DNA of 31,994 bases from Alphaproteobacteria bacterium (GTDB lineage: Bacteria; Pseudomonadota; Alphaproteobacteria; CAAHEQ01; UBA3637). The DNA is taken from assembly GCA_017540065.1 (NCBI GenBank), contig JAFYBU010000081.1, forward strand, positions 1-31,994. The letters are read 5' to 3'. The position numbers and the translations under genes are program-made. The notes beneath the pieces were generated by a model. It did no database searches. It saw only the letters and a program-made list of their open reading frames with translations, and had not been told where the DNA came from. Below, in pieces: positions 15,385-24,739 of this stretch (position 1 is its first letter; every line of letters begins with the position of its first letter).

Positions 15385-16296
15385 ATGAAAGGACTTGGAA
15401 TGAGAAGATGTTTTAATTTTATCTTTGTTATTACTATCATTATCACCACATCAATTGCTTCTGCTGAAATAGTAGAAGTAGTGCCAGATTGTTGTGATCC
15501 ACCGCTTCCAAAGATCATTCAATGTGGTTATTCTCGTCCATTACGTGTTGCGGGGATGGTTTCTACTCCCCCTTTTGGTTGGGTGAAACGTCATGATGAA
15601 CTTCTTACAAAAGACTTAGAAAGTTTTGGATTGGGACGACTGGTTTTGGATAAAATTTCTTCTAAATTAAAAATCAGTTATAAAAGCACCGGTTTTTCAT
15701 CTTATTCAGAAGCTATTAAAGCATTAAAAAAGGGAGAGATTGATTTGCTTTTAACTGCCTATTATCGTCCTCAGGATTTGGGGGCAGGAACCACTATTGT
15801 CTATCCCGGCTATTTTAAAAATGTTTTCACGGTTTATTTTAAAAAAGGGAAAGAAATTTCTGTGAATTCTTTAGATGATCTAAAAGGAATAAAAGGTATT
15901 GTTCGTACAGCTGAGCATATTTACCCCTTATTTCAGCATAGATTACCAGAAGACGCCAATATAGTACAAATTTCAACAACCAAAAAAGCTCTTGAGATGT
16001 TGATGAATGAAGAAGTAGATTATTTAATTGGTAGTTCCTATTCTGTGGACATGGAACTACGACATTACAATTTAGAAAATGATATTATTTCTGCCCCAAA
16101 AATTTTATTAGATGGTAACTTGTTTTTTGTCTTTAGTATGAGCTCAGATTGTGGAAGGTTAGGAGAAAAATTTTCAGAAATTTTACAAGCAGAAGACTTC
16201 TCGGAGGAAAATATGAAAATTATGCTTCAACAATCAATTAATGATTACAAGGAAACAATTCATAATGGGGCTCAATTGATTGAAGAAGAAAATTGA
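15385..16296 (+). CDS. Periplasmic solute-binding protein (family 3-like)
   Basis: Signal peptide, PPFGW, ALKKGEIDLLL, VNSLDDLKG and L..EEVDYLI. The start could be 15400. Confidence 0.75.
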   Translation: MKGLGMRRCFNFIFVITIIITTSIASAEIVEVVPDCCDPPLPKIIQCGYSRPLRVAGMVSTPPFGWVKRHDELLTKDLESFGLGRLVLDKISSKLKISYKSTGFSSYSEAIKALKKGEIDLLLTAYYRPQDLGAGTTIVYPGYFKNVFTVYFKKGKEISVNSLDDLKGIKGIVRTAEHIYPLFQHRLPEDANIVQISTTKKALEMLMNEEVDYLIGSSYSVDMELRHYNLENDIISAPKILLDGNLFFVFSMSSDCGRLGEKFSEILQAEDFSEENMKIMLQQSINDYKETIHNGAQLIEEEN

Positions 16297-16328
16297 CTTT
16301 TAAGGGGTTTTCGGGTATAATAGGGGGC

Positions 16329-18581
16329 ATGCAAAAACCTGAATTATTAGCACCTGCAGGCGATTTAGAAGCCGGATATGCTGCCCTTTATTATGGGGCA
16401 GATGCTGTTTATTTGGGACTGAAAGCTTTTTCCGCACGTGCCAGCGCCACCAATTTTTCGCCCGAAGAATTAAATGAATTTACCGCCTATGCTCATTATC
16501 TAAAACGCAAAGTTTACGTAACAATTAACACGTTAATACAAGAAAAAGAATTAACGGATTTATTGGCAACGTTGGATGTGTGTTCTGCCTGTCAGGTGGA
16601 CGGCATTATTTTACAGGATTTGGGCGTGGCCAGAATTATCAAAAAAAGCTATCCGGAATTGTCCTTGCATGCCAGCACACAAATGGCCGTTCATAACAAA
16701 GAAGGAGCTTTAGCATTACAAAAAGCAGGATTTTCACGGATTGTTTTGGCGCGTGAATTGACTTTATCAGAAATCAAAGAAATTGCCCAAATCCCAGGAT
16801 TAGAAACCGAAGCGTTTATTCATGGCGCCTTGTGCTATTGTTATAGTGGCTTATGCCTTTTTTCTTCTATGGAACAAGGACGCAGTGCTAACCGTGGAAA
16901 ATGTGCTTACCCTTGTCGCTCATTATTCAAACGAGGCGATACAAGTGCACACTTTTTTTCCATGAAGGACATGGCTTTACAAGAAGAAATCCTGAAATTA
17001 CCCGTTACTTCATTAAAAATTGAAGGACGCAAGAAAAAGGCTCTGTATGTGGCAGCGGTCACAGATTATTATCGGCGAATTTTGGATAAAGGTAAAGCTG
17101 ACCCTAAACGTGCTGAAAATATTCGCCAAATCTTTTCACGTCCTTGGACAAAATTCCGCCTGCATGGCAAAAATACAGAAGTGGTAGATAATGATTTTGT
17201 GGGACATCGCGGATTAGAAATCGGAAAAGCGGAAAATATTTATCACAACACCTTGGTGTTTACCCCCAATCATCCTGTCGCCCGTTTTGACGGAATTCAA
17301 ATTGATGTTCCCGGTTCCGAAAAACCTTTCGGATTTTCTGTCCAGGAAATGCGGGCAAAAAATAAAAACGTTTTTGAAGTAAAAGCCGGTGAAAAAGTTG
17401 AAATCAAACTTCCACCAAAAGCACCTTTTATTGAAGCAGGTCAAACAGTATATTTGGCTTCGTCATCAGAGGTGAAAGGCAGTTATAAATTCATTTCCCC
17501 CAAACCGCATGAATACAAAAACAGAATAACGGTTCCCGTGGAAGTTATATTAAAGACAAAAGAAATTGTGGCGCGTTCTGGTAAAACAGAAGCGCGTATT
17601 GTCGGCGATTTTCAACCGGCACAAAATCCCGAAAAAATGAATGACGCTGTAAAATCGGCCTTTTTGAAATTCAAAGATACCGAATTTTTACCAACTATTT
17701 CCATTAAAAATGATCCGCCGGTTTTTGTGCCGATGTCTACTTTGAATCAGTTGCGACGCGACCTGTATGAAAAAATCGAAATAGCACCTAAACATGGGAC
17801 ATTACCAAAAACAGACACACGCCCCTTACCCAAAGATATTCAATGGATTTTGAAAACAGATGATTTGGAAAAGATAAAAGATTTAGATACATCTGATTTC
17901 AATGAAATAATTATCGTTTTGCAGGAAGATTTGGATTTGAAGGATTTGAAAAAACTCCCCAAAGAAAAGGTGCGTTTGGCTTTGCCCACTTGGTGTCTGA
18001 ATCCCTATCATCTGAAAGAAAAAGCAAACGAAGCATTTAAGGCCGGTTATACCCGTTTTGAAATCGGAAATGTATGGGGATTAGAAGCATTGCCAAAGGG
18101 CGCCGAAATTACAGCCGACGCTTCTTTTTACATGATGAACACCGAAGCTGTCCAGACAGCGAAGGAATGGGGAATAACAAGAATTACACTTCCCGTAGAA
18201 GACACTTTAGAAAACTTAAAAACCATTTCAAAAAAAGCCGCTTTACCAACCGTTTTAACCGTGTATCAGGATGTCCCGTTGTTCCAAAGTGTGAATTGTT
18301 TAACACGCCATTGCGCTGTATGCCAGAAAAAAGAATGTCGGATGCGTCTTACCAAAAACGGACAAATTTACCACGTGTGGACAAAGGATTGTCAGACAAC
18401 TGTTTTTAATGACAAACCTTTTTATATTGGAAAAGAACGCGCAGACACAAGTGTTGATTTTTATCGTATTGATTTTATCAACAGACCTTATACACCAAAA
18501 GAAGTGGCGGATATTGTTCAAAAAGTTCAAAATTGTGAAAACATCCCTTCCATAAACGGAAATTTGAAAAAAGAAATCTAA
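16329..18581 (+). CDS. Peptidase U32 family Fe-S protein, long form (RlhA-like RNA hydroxylase)
   Basis: PELLAPAG, HASTQ, EAFIHGALCYCYSGLC, NRGKCAYPCR and LKIEGR motifs plus a long C-terminal extension. Start ATG 16329. Confidence 0.85.
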   Translation: MQKPELLAPAGDLEAGYAALYYGADAVYLGLKAFSARASATNFSPEELNEFTAYAHYLKRKVYVTINTLIQEKELTDLLATLDVCSACQVDGIILQDLGVARIIKKSYPELSLHASTQMAVHNKEGALALQKAGFSRIVLARELTLSEIKEIAQIPGLETEAFIHGALCYCYSGLCLFSSMEQGRSANRGKCAYPCRSLFKRGDTSAHFFSMKDMALQEEILKLPVTSLKIEGRKKKALYVAAVTDYYRRILDKGKADPKRAENIRQIFSRPWTKFRLHGKNTEVVDNDFVGHRGLEIGKAENIYHNTLVFTPNHPVARFDGIQIDVPGSEKPFGFSVQEMRAKNKNVFEVKAGEKVEIKLPPKAPFIEAGQTVYLASSSEVKGSYKFISPKPHEYKNRITVPVEVILKTKEIVARSGKTEARIVGDFQPAQNPEKMNDAVKSAFLKFKDTEFLPTISIKNDPPVFVPMSTLNQLRRDLYEKIEIAPKHGTLPKTDTRPLPKDIQWILKTDDLEKIKDLDTSDFNEIIIVLQEDLDLKDLKKLPKEKVRLALPTWCLNPYHLKEKANEAFKAGYTRFEIGNVWGLEALPKGAEITADASFYMMNTEAVQTAKEWGITRITLPVEDTLENLKTISKKAALPTVLTVYQDVPLFQSVNCLTRHCAVCQKKECRMRLTKNGQIYHVWTKDCQTTVFNDKPFYIGKERADTSVDFYRIDFINRPYTPKEVADIVQKVQNCENIPSINGNLKKEI

Positions 18582-18605
18582 TTTTTTGAAAATCAAAACT
18601 TTTTC

Positions 18606-19955
18606 TTAAAATTGACCGATAGCACGATACAGATTAGCTTTGGCGATCAACACATCATAGAAGGAAGTTGCCACCCCCTGACGTGCAGCAGCCAATTCAG
18701 CCTGCGCAGTCAACAGATTCAAAATACTTTCCTTACCGGCTTGATAAGATTTAAACGATACACGTTCGCTTTCTTTAGCACTTTCCAAAACTTCTTTATT
18801 TACTTTGTAAGAAGAAACCGCCGTTTGATAATCTTGATATGCATTAAAGACTTCTTTTTTAACAGAATCTTGTGTTTCAATGGTGGATTGTTGGGCTGCT
18901 GCATATTGATACCGTGCCTTTGCAACGTTGTAGGTCGTTTTGAAACCATTAAATAAAGGAACAGATAAAGAAAGTCCTGCCGATCCGTTCATCCGATAAG
19001 GATCATTTCCTTTCCAATAATCATTATACCCCACATTGGCATTGGCAGACAAAGAAGGATAATGACCTGCTTTAGCAATATCAATGGCGTATTTGGCAGC
19101 TTGTTCTTGACTTTCAGCACTTTTCAGTTCCGGGCGCAATTTCAAAGCTTCTTCCATCATCTGCCCGACCGTCATATCTGTAGAAATGGCTGTAATATCC
19201 TTATCCTTTTTGGGCAAAGAAAGTTTAAATTCCGTATCCGTTGGTAAGTTTAACAAAGTCGCCAACGTTGCCCCTGATTTTTTCAGTGTATTTTCCGCTT
19301 CAATCACTTTTAATTCGGATTTTTTATAAGTGGTTTGTGCCAACAATTTGTCACTTAAAGCCGCCATTCCTAACTTATAACGTTTGGAAGTTTCTTCAAA
19401 TGATTTTTTATAAGATTTCATTGTTTCTTGGGCACTTTTCAAAACTTCCCCGTTGGACAGATAATCAAAATAAGCTTGATTGATTGCTAACACCGTATTG
19501 TGCAAAGCCGCATTATACTGAAAAGATTCGGAATCCAAATAGGCTTGCATTTGATCCGTGGTTGCCCCACGTGCACCGAAATCATAAATCAGCCATCTTA
19601 AGCCGATATTTCCGGAAAAAGGAGAAGTATTTTCACGTTGTCCGCCTTCCACTTTACTGACAGACTTACTGGCAGAACCGGTTGCTTCGATGGTCGGCAA
19701 GTATTCCGATTTTGTGGAACCGAGAGATGCTTCCTGCGCCTTCACGGAGATATAATCGCGATTAAGGGCCGGATTATTACAAATCCCAATTTGAATCAAT
19801 GTGGGTAAATCCAATTCCTTTGTCACATCCGCATCCACACAATTTTCAGGAGCATTTTGCGTGTAAACAAAAAACGGATCCAACGCCCACACAGGAGTCG
19901 CCGAAAAAACTAAAGCCAATACAAAAAGTTTGAATTTCATTTTTTCCTCTGTCAT
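18606..19955 (-). CDS. TolC family outer membrane efflux protein
   Basis: Signal peptide, NNPAL, YLPTI and HYPSL repeat motifs, LSVPLFNG and C-terminal LYRAIG. Confidence 0.9.
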   Translation of the reverse strand: MTEEKMKFKLFVLALVFSATPVWALDPFFVYTQNAPENCVDADVTKELDLPTLIQIGICNNPALNRDYISVKAQEASLGSTKSEYLPTIEATGSASKSVSKVEGGQRENTSPFSGNIGLRWLIYDFGARGATTDQMQAYLDSESFQYNAALHNTVLAINQAYFDYLSNGEVLKSAQETMKSYKKSFEETSKRYKLGMAALSDKLLAQTTYKKSELKVIEAENTLKKSGATLATLLNLPTDTEFKLSLPKKDKDITAISTDMTVGQMMEEALKLRPELKSAESQEQAAKYAIDIAKAGHYPSLSANANVGYNDYWKGNDPYRMNGSAGLSLSVPLFNGFKTTYNVAKARYQYAAAQQSTIETQDSVKKEVFNAYQDYQTAVSSYKVNKEVLESAKESERVSFKSYQAGKESILNLLTAQAELAAARQGVATSFYDVLIAKANLYRAIGQF

Positions 19956-20078
19956 ATAGGGTAAAAGAATTTTTTTTATTTTGCAAGAAAAATTTTAACC
20001 TTCTCCAGACTTTTGTTGACTTGTTCCCACACCATTTTAATCTTATGTAAAAAAGAGCATCAAACAAAAGGAGGAAAT

Positions 20079-20255
20079 ATGCAAAAAAAGCTGTCTAAAT
20101 GCACACCGGAACAAAAACATAAACAGGTGGAATTAAAAGCCTATGAATTGTGGCAAAAAGCGGGATCTCCAATAGGACGTGATCAAGAATTTTGGTACAC
20201 GGCCGTTGCTGTTTTGGAAAATTCGCCCAAAAAGAAAACAAAGGTCTGTTGTTAA
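20079..20255 (+). CDS. DUF2934-like small protein (58 aa)
   Basis: Start ATG 20079 (AAGGAGG RBS). AYELWQKAGSPIGRDQEFW..A matches the DUF2934 pattern. Confidence 0.75.
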   Translation: MQKKLSKCTPEQKHKQVELKAYELWQKAGSPIGRDQEFWYTAVAVLENSPKKKTKVCC

Positions 20256-20285
20256 AAAAAAGCCCTCGACTTATCGGGGGCTTTT
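20254..20285. terminator. Bidirectional terminator
   Basis: A-run, GC-rich ~10-bp stem with a CTTA loop, T-run, between convergent genes. Confidence 0.75.
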
Positions 20286-21006
20286 AATTTATCATTTGTA
20301 ACAATGCTGAAATGTTTTCTTTTACAAATAAATATGTTTGTTGAAAAGCCAAACGTTGCCAATCTCCTAAACCGGCCCAACCATTCAAAACAAAGCTCCA
20401 CAAATACCCTATCAGTAAAATATTTGCTCCGGGAATAAAAAACAACGAAAACAAATACCCCGCTTTCTTAAAATCCGTCTGTTCTGAATGAATTTGATAA
20501 AAGTTGGAAACAATGTGATAACCGACCAAAAAGCCGAAAGCCATAATATACCACGAGGGAAAAGGTTGATGATGATATTGAAACCAAAGCCCCGCTAACA
20601 TCCACAAAAACGGAAACGTAGGAAAAAAATAAGGTGCAATCGTAATCAGCCAGTTGCCTTTTCCCTGATAACTGAAAGATCCCCCTTCCCCATCACGAAT
20701 ACTCATTGCTTTGGGCTTATGAAAAGTCAAAATTGCAGCCAGCATATGCGTGGATTCATGAGCAAAAATAGTCAATGCGCTGCCACTTAAACCGGGAATA
20801 AGCCCCCAAACGACCATAACCCCGAAAGCCGGCATCAAAAAAGTAATAAAAATATCAGCAGAAAATGTGTTTGTTATCATCTGTAATAACGCTCTTGACA
20901 TCGGATAAACGGAAACAATGCAAAAAAGGGCTATGGGCCATTTAATAAACTTTAAAATCGTGTTGATAAAACTTTGCATTTTGTCTCCTTTTATGGTATG
21001 TATCAT
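20284..21006 (-). CDS. Membrane metallopeptidase, M50-like
   Basis: Multiple TM segments, HESTH (HExxH) and IAPYFFP motif. The start may be 20979. Confidence 0.7.
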   Translation of the reverse strand: MIHTIKGDKMQSFINTILKFIKWPIALFCIVSVYPMSRALLQMITNTFSADIFITFLMPAFGVMVVWGLIPGLSGSALTIFAHESTHMLAAILTFHKPKAMSIRDGEGGSFSYQGKGNWLITIAPYFFPTFPFLWMLAGLWFQYHHQPFPSWYIMAFGFLVGYHIVSNFYQIHSEQTDFKKAGYLFSLFFIPGANILLIGYLWSFVLNGWAGLGDWQRLAFQQTYLFVKENISALLQMIN

Positions 21007-21040
21007 ATATCAATTTTTTATAAAAGGAAAGGACTTTTTT

Positions 21041-22147
21041 ATGTTGTGGGCTGTTTTGGGATTATTAGTGTTTGTTCTGATCTTGTGCGTTATTGTATTG
21101 GTGCGTTTAGCACAAATTTCAAAACCAGCGCCGACAAACGATTTAGAACGTTTGGAACGCATGATGCACGGAGACGCAAAAGATTTACGCCAAGAATTGG
21201 GACAAAATTTGATGAACTTTAACGAGGCTGTCCGAAAAGTTTTAGAAGAACGTTTGGAAACTATGCGTGCTACCGTGGATGAAAAATTACAAAATACTTT
21301 GAATCAACGCATCAGTTCGTCTTTTACACAAGTTTCCGAACGTTTGGAACAAGTCTATAAAGGATTGGGAGAAATGCAAAATTTAGCAACGGATGTGGGC
21401 GGATTAAAACGCGTTTTGACAAATGTAAAATCTCGAGGCACTTGGGGAGAAGTACAATTGGGAACTTTATTGGAACAAATCTTAAGTCCGGATCAATTCA
21501 TTAAAAATGCCCACATCAAAGAAGAAGGCGAAGTGGTGGAATATGCTATCAAATTACCGGCCGGTGATGTATTAGTACCGATTGATGCGAAATTCCCCAT
21601 TGAAGATTACGAACGTTTGTTGGCCGCCAGCGATTCGGGGGACAGTGAAGCTGTTGAAAAAGCCGGACAAGAATTAGAACGTCGCGTCAGAAGTGAGGCA
21701 AAAAAAATTCAAGAAAAATATGTATACCCCCCAAAAACAACGGACTTCGGGATTTTGTTTTTACCAACGGAAAGTTTATATGCCGAGGTAATGAAACGTC
21801 CGGGATTAGCGGCGGATATTCAAAATAAAAACCGAATTTGTATTGCGGGCCCCAGCACTTTAGGTGCATTTTTGAACAGTCTTCAAATGGGATTCAAAAC
21901 GTTAGCCATCCAAAAAAAATCCGGCGAAGTATGGCAAGTGCTCAATGAAGTGAAAACAGAATTTTTGAAATACGCTGATTGGGTGGAAGATGTAAAAAAG
22001 AAAATTGAACAAACACATAAAACATTAGATGCGGCTGAAACCAGAACACGTGCGGTCAGGCGTCGTTTGGAAAAAGTGGAAACTTTGGCCCCGACCAACA
22101 AAGATAATTTATTATCCGAAACATCAGAACAACTGATAAAGGAATAA
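21041..22147 (+). CDS. rmuC: DNA recombination protein RmuC
   Basis: Start ATG 21041. N-terminal TM, coiled coil, K.RGTWGEVQL, PIDAKFP, PKTTDFGILFLPTESLYAEV and PSTL.AFL.SL. Confidence 0.93.
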   Translation: MLWAVLGLLVFVLILCVIVLVRLAQISKPAPTNDLERLERMMHGDAKDLRQELGQNLMNFNEAVRKVLEERLETMRATVDEKLQNTLNQRISSSFTQVSERLEQVYKGLGEMQNLATDVGGLKRVLTNVKSRGTWGEVQLGTLLEQILSPDQFIKNAHIKEEGEVVEYAIKLPAGDVLVPIDAKFPIEDYERLLAASDSGDSEAVEKAGQELERRVRSEAKKIQEKYVYPPKTTDFGILFLPTESLYAEVMKRPGLAADIQNKNRICIAGPSTLGAFLNSLQMGFKTLAIQKKSGEVWQVLNEVKTEFLKYADWVEDVKKKIEQTHKTLDAAETRTRAVRRRLEKVETLAPTNKDNLLSETSEQLIKE

Positions 22148-22150
22148 AAG

Positions 22151-22957
22151 ATGGATAAAATTTTATTTGATTATAATTTATTCAACAAAAGTGAGCGTAA
22201 AAAAATACCCGTCGAATTCAGAGAAATAGCCGACCTTACTCTGCATGCATTAGAACAAATCCAAAAACACAACCCTTCACTATATCAAGCAGCCATGGAA
22301 GGGGGAAAACCAGTAACAGAGTTGTGTTTATCCGGCCCGGATCCGAAACGTTTGGGACAAACTTTTGTCAAAGATGAAAATTCATTAAAGATCTTTTTAG
22401 AACCGATTAATTTATCCGAAAAAATTAAGGAATTAAAACCAAATGAAAAACTTACTTTTATAACTTATATACTGGCTCACGAAATGGCGCATGCCCGTCA
22501 AGAACAAAAAAATCATTTTTTGCAAAAATGGGGAACCGTGAATAAAAAAGAAATGGATGAAGCAGATTATGCACGCGAAATTGCCACAGAATCTGATGCT
22601 ACGGCGATTGGTATTACCACAGTGAAAAAAGCCGGCTTACCCGCATATGAAACATTAAAAGAATGGTTCAAAACAATTCATCCCCAATTAAAAACAACCC
22701 TTTCAATGAAAAATTATTCTGATATGGAAAGCACATTATTTGAAGAAGACCTAAAATTTCGGCTCTTTCATTTTGGTAAAAAAGCTCAAGAAAAAGGAAT
22801 CCGTGTGGGAATGTTTTCTGAAAACTTAATTGGCTCTGTTCAACATGGAGATATTCTGGAAAGATTCAATAATTCAACAATAAGACGGTTGATTTTATCT
22901 GAAAATAATCCCCGCAACAATCAAATTACAAAATCTAATTCGGAATCATCCCGTTAA
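22151..22957 (+). CDS. Hypothetical zinc metalloprotease-like protein
   Basis: ILAHEMAHARQ (HExxH) with a downstream ATESDA Glu. No signal peptide. Confidence 0.7.
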   Translation: MDKILFDYNLFNKSERKKIPVEFREIADLTLHALEQIQKHNPSLYQAAMEGGKPVTELCLSGPDPKRLGQTFVKDENSLKIFLEPINLSEKIKELKPNEKLTFITYILAHEMAHARQEQKNHFLQKWGTVNKKEMDEADYAREIATESDATAIGITTVKKAGLPAYETLKEWFKTIHPQLKTTLSMKNYSDMESTLFEEDLKFRLFHFGKKAQEKGIRVGMFSENLIGSVQHGDILERFNNSTIRRLILSENNPRNNQITKSNSESSR

Positions 22958-24113
22958 AAAGGTGGCAGGCAGGACAGACTGGTTCCCATTTGCCGGATTG
23001 GTGACCACAATGTGTACAAATCCAACCCGTTTTTTCTTGCAGATTCAAGGCCTTTTTTTCCCAATCAAGAGCTGCTTCTTCATGTTTCCACCCTTGGCGT
23101 TCCACTTTGGCCATCATCAAAGCCACTTGTTGTGTTAAGGGGAAATTTTCCAAATATTCTTCCAAAATATCTTTGGCCTTTGGGGCGTTTCCTGTTTCCA
23201 AATTCATATCTGCTAACGCCAATAACGAAAAACGATTCCCTTTATTTTGTTTCACCAAGGCCTTTACCGCTTTCATTTTTTCTTCATCTGTTTTACCTGA
23301 CAATGCCGATTTAAAAGCATTATAAATTTCTTGACAAGGCGTTTTTTTCCACGCCGCATTCAAAATCTTTAAGGCCTTTTCCGGGTTTTCTTTTGCTTTT
23401 GCTAATACAATCGGAGCCTGAGTATCATCTAATTTATAAGCTTTATCCACCTGCCCCATCATCATCAAACAACAGGCACGACTACGTTTATATTCAGATT
23501 TAGGCATCACTTTTTTCAACGTTTCTAAATACTGACAAGCTTGTTCCCAATCGCCTTCCATTAAAGACAGCTGAAAATAGGCCTGTTTCACCCATAAAAC
23601 CTGTCTTTGTTTTTCAGGCAAAGAATCCAACAAATTGCGCATTTCCGTTGTATTCCCCATTCCTTCGGCCATATTCAAAAAACCATATATCCCCCCTAAA
23701 ACCGTTGACGGGAAAGTCAACAATTTTTGATAAACTTCTTCGGAAGGTTGCAATAAGGATAAAATAACCCAATAAATCACTTCTTCTTTTTTGAAATGGT
23801 GTAAGGCTTGTTTTACCAAAAGAGGATATTGTTCCTTGTTTTGGTTAGCCAGCGCTTCTAAAACAGACGCCAAAAAAATCCGTTTTTGGTCTTGTTTGGA
23901 TTGTTGGCGCCATAACGAAAATTTACGGAATAAGCGAAACGGTAACAAAAGCAAGTTCCACAGCCAAACGATTCCCAATACCATTCCAACAAAAGTGAAA
24001 ACAGATAAATAAATTTGATAATTTCGGAAAGTAAGCGTTACAAAAAACGTTTCATTTGTAATAACAGCACCCAATCCCAACAAAGCACAAATCAGAAAAA
24101 AGCTCAAAATCAT
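22935..24113 (-). CDS. HemY-like membrane TPR protein with a C-terminal zinc ribbon
   Basis: Two N-terminal TMs, TPR-like helices and WICTHCG...WEPVCPAC. Confidence 0.75.
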   Translation of the reverse strand: MILSFFLICALLGLGAVITNETFFVTLTFRNYQIYLSVFTFVGMVLGIVWLWNLLLLPFRLFRKFSLWRQQSKQDQKRIFLASVLEALANQNKEQYPLLVKQALHHFKKEEVIYWVILSLLQPSEEVYQKLLTFPSTVLGGIYGFLNMAEGMGNTTEMRNLLDSLPEKQRQVLWVKQAYFQLSLMEGDWEQACQYLETLKKVMPKSEYKRSRACCLMMMGQVDKAYKLDDTQAPIVLAKAKENPEKALKILNAAWKKTPCQEIYNAFKSALSGKTDEEKMKAVKALVKQNKGNRFSLLALADMNLETGNAPKAKDILEEYLENFPLTQQVALMMAKVERQGWKHEEAALDWEKKALNLQEKTGWICTHCGHQSGKWEPVCPACHLFNGMIPN

Positions 24114-24712
24114 TTTTCCCCCTTTCCTAAATCTTGTTTAAAGTCAAGTAATTGTGTTATTTCATTAAAAAGAGGCATGAAAAAAAGTTGCTGTGATGGA
24201 GATAAATCTTGCATTAAAGCAAGAACTTTTTCCAATTTTTTGTTATCGATGGCATTTTGAATCTTGTCCAGTTTATCCTGCAAGGTATGTCCTTGCGGAT
24301 TTGCGTTATGAATGTCCCACAAATAAATCGGAATCATTTTAACATACCGTATAACAAACCATTCTTCTTTTGCATTTTGATTTAACAGCAAGCTTTTTTT
24401 ATTCTGTCTGAAAATTTTCTTTAAATCATCCCAAACGGAAACAGAAGAAAGGCAATAAGTTGTCATTTCATTTTTTAATTTTTCCTGTTCCGGCGTTAAA
24501 AAGGGAAGACCGGATAAAAGAGCAAAATCGTCCCGACAAGATTCCCCGATCAAAAAATCTGCCCATGTGTAATTTATTTCCGGCGTATCAAAAATCACCT
24601 TTTGAACAACAGGTGCATCTTCTTGCAGTTCAATTTCCTGTGATAAAACTTCATTTGAAAACAGTATTCCGACACACAGAAAAAACTTAAAAAAAAGCTT
24701 CTTTTTCCCCAT
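24110..24712 (-). CDS. Exported/membrane protein, possible reduced Mic60 (COG4223/mitofilin-like)
   Basis: Signal-like N-terminus. The C-terminal amphipathic helices QDKLDKIQNAIDNKKLEKVLALMQDLSP resemble the mitofilin motif. ATGA overlap with the hemY-like gene. Confidence 0.5.
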   Translation of the reverse strand: MGKKKLFFKFFLCVGILFSNEVLSQEIELQEDAPVVQKVIFDTPEINYTWADFLIGESCRDDFALLSGLPFLTPEQEKLKNEMTTYCLSSVSVWDDLKKIFRQNKKSLLLNQNAKEEWFVIRYVKMIPIYLWDIHNANPQGHTLQDKLDKIQNAIDNKKLEKVLALMQDLSPSQQLFFMPLFNEITQLLDFKQDLGKGEK

Positions 24713-24739
24713 TTTCCCCCCATTCAAAAGATTAAAAAA

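Noticed and set aside
18606-19955. TolC as part of a type I secretion cluster
   Set aside because: No ABC transporter, membrane-fusion protein or RTX substrate is adjacent. Stand-alone tolC is ordinary.
22935-23030. Zinc ribbon on the HemY-like protein as a novelty
   Set aside because: A LapB-like C-terminal CxxC...CxxC is, to my knowledge, already seen in other alphaproteobacterial HemY-like proteins.
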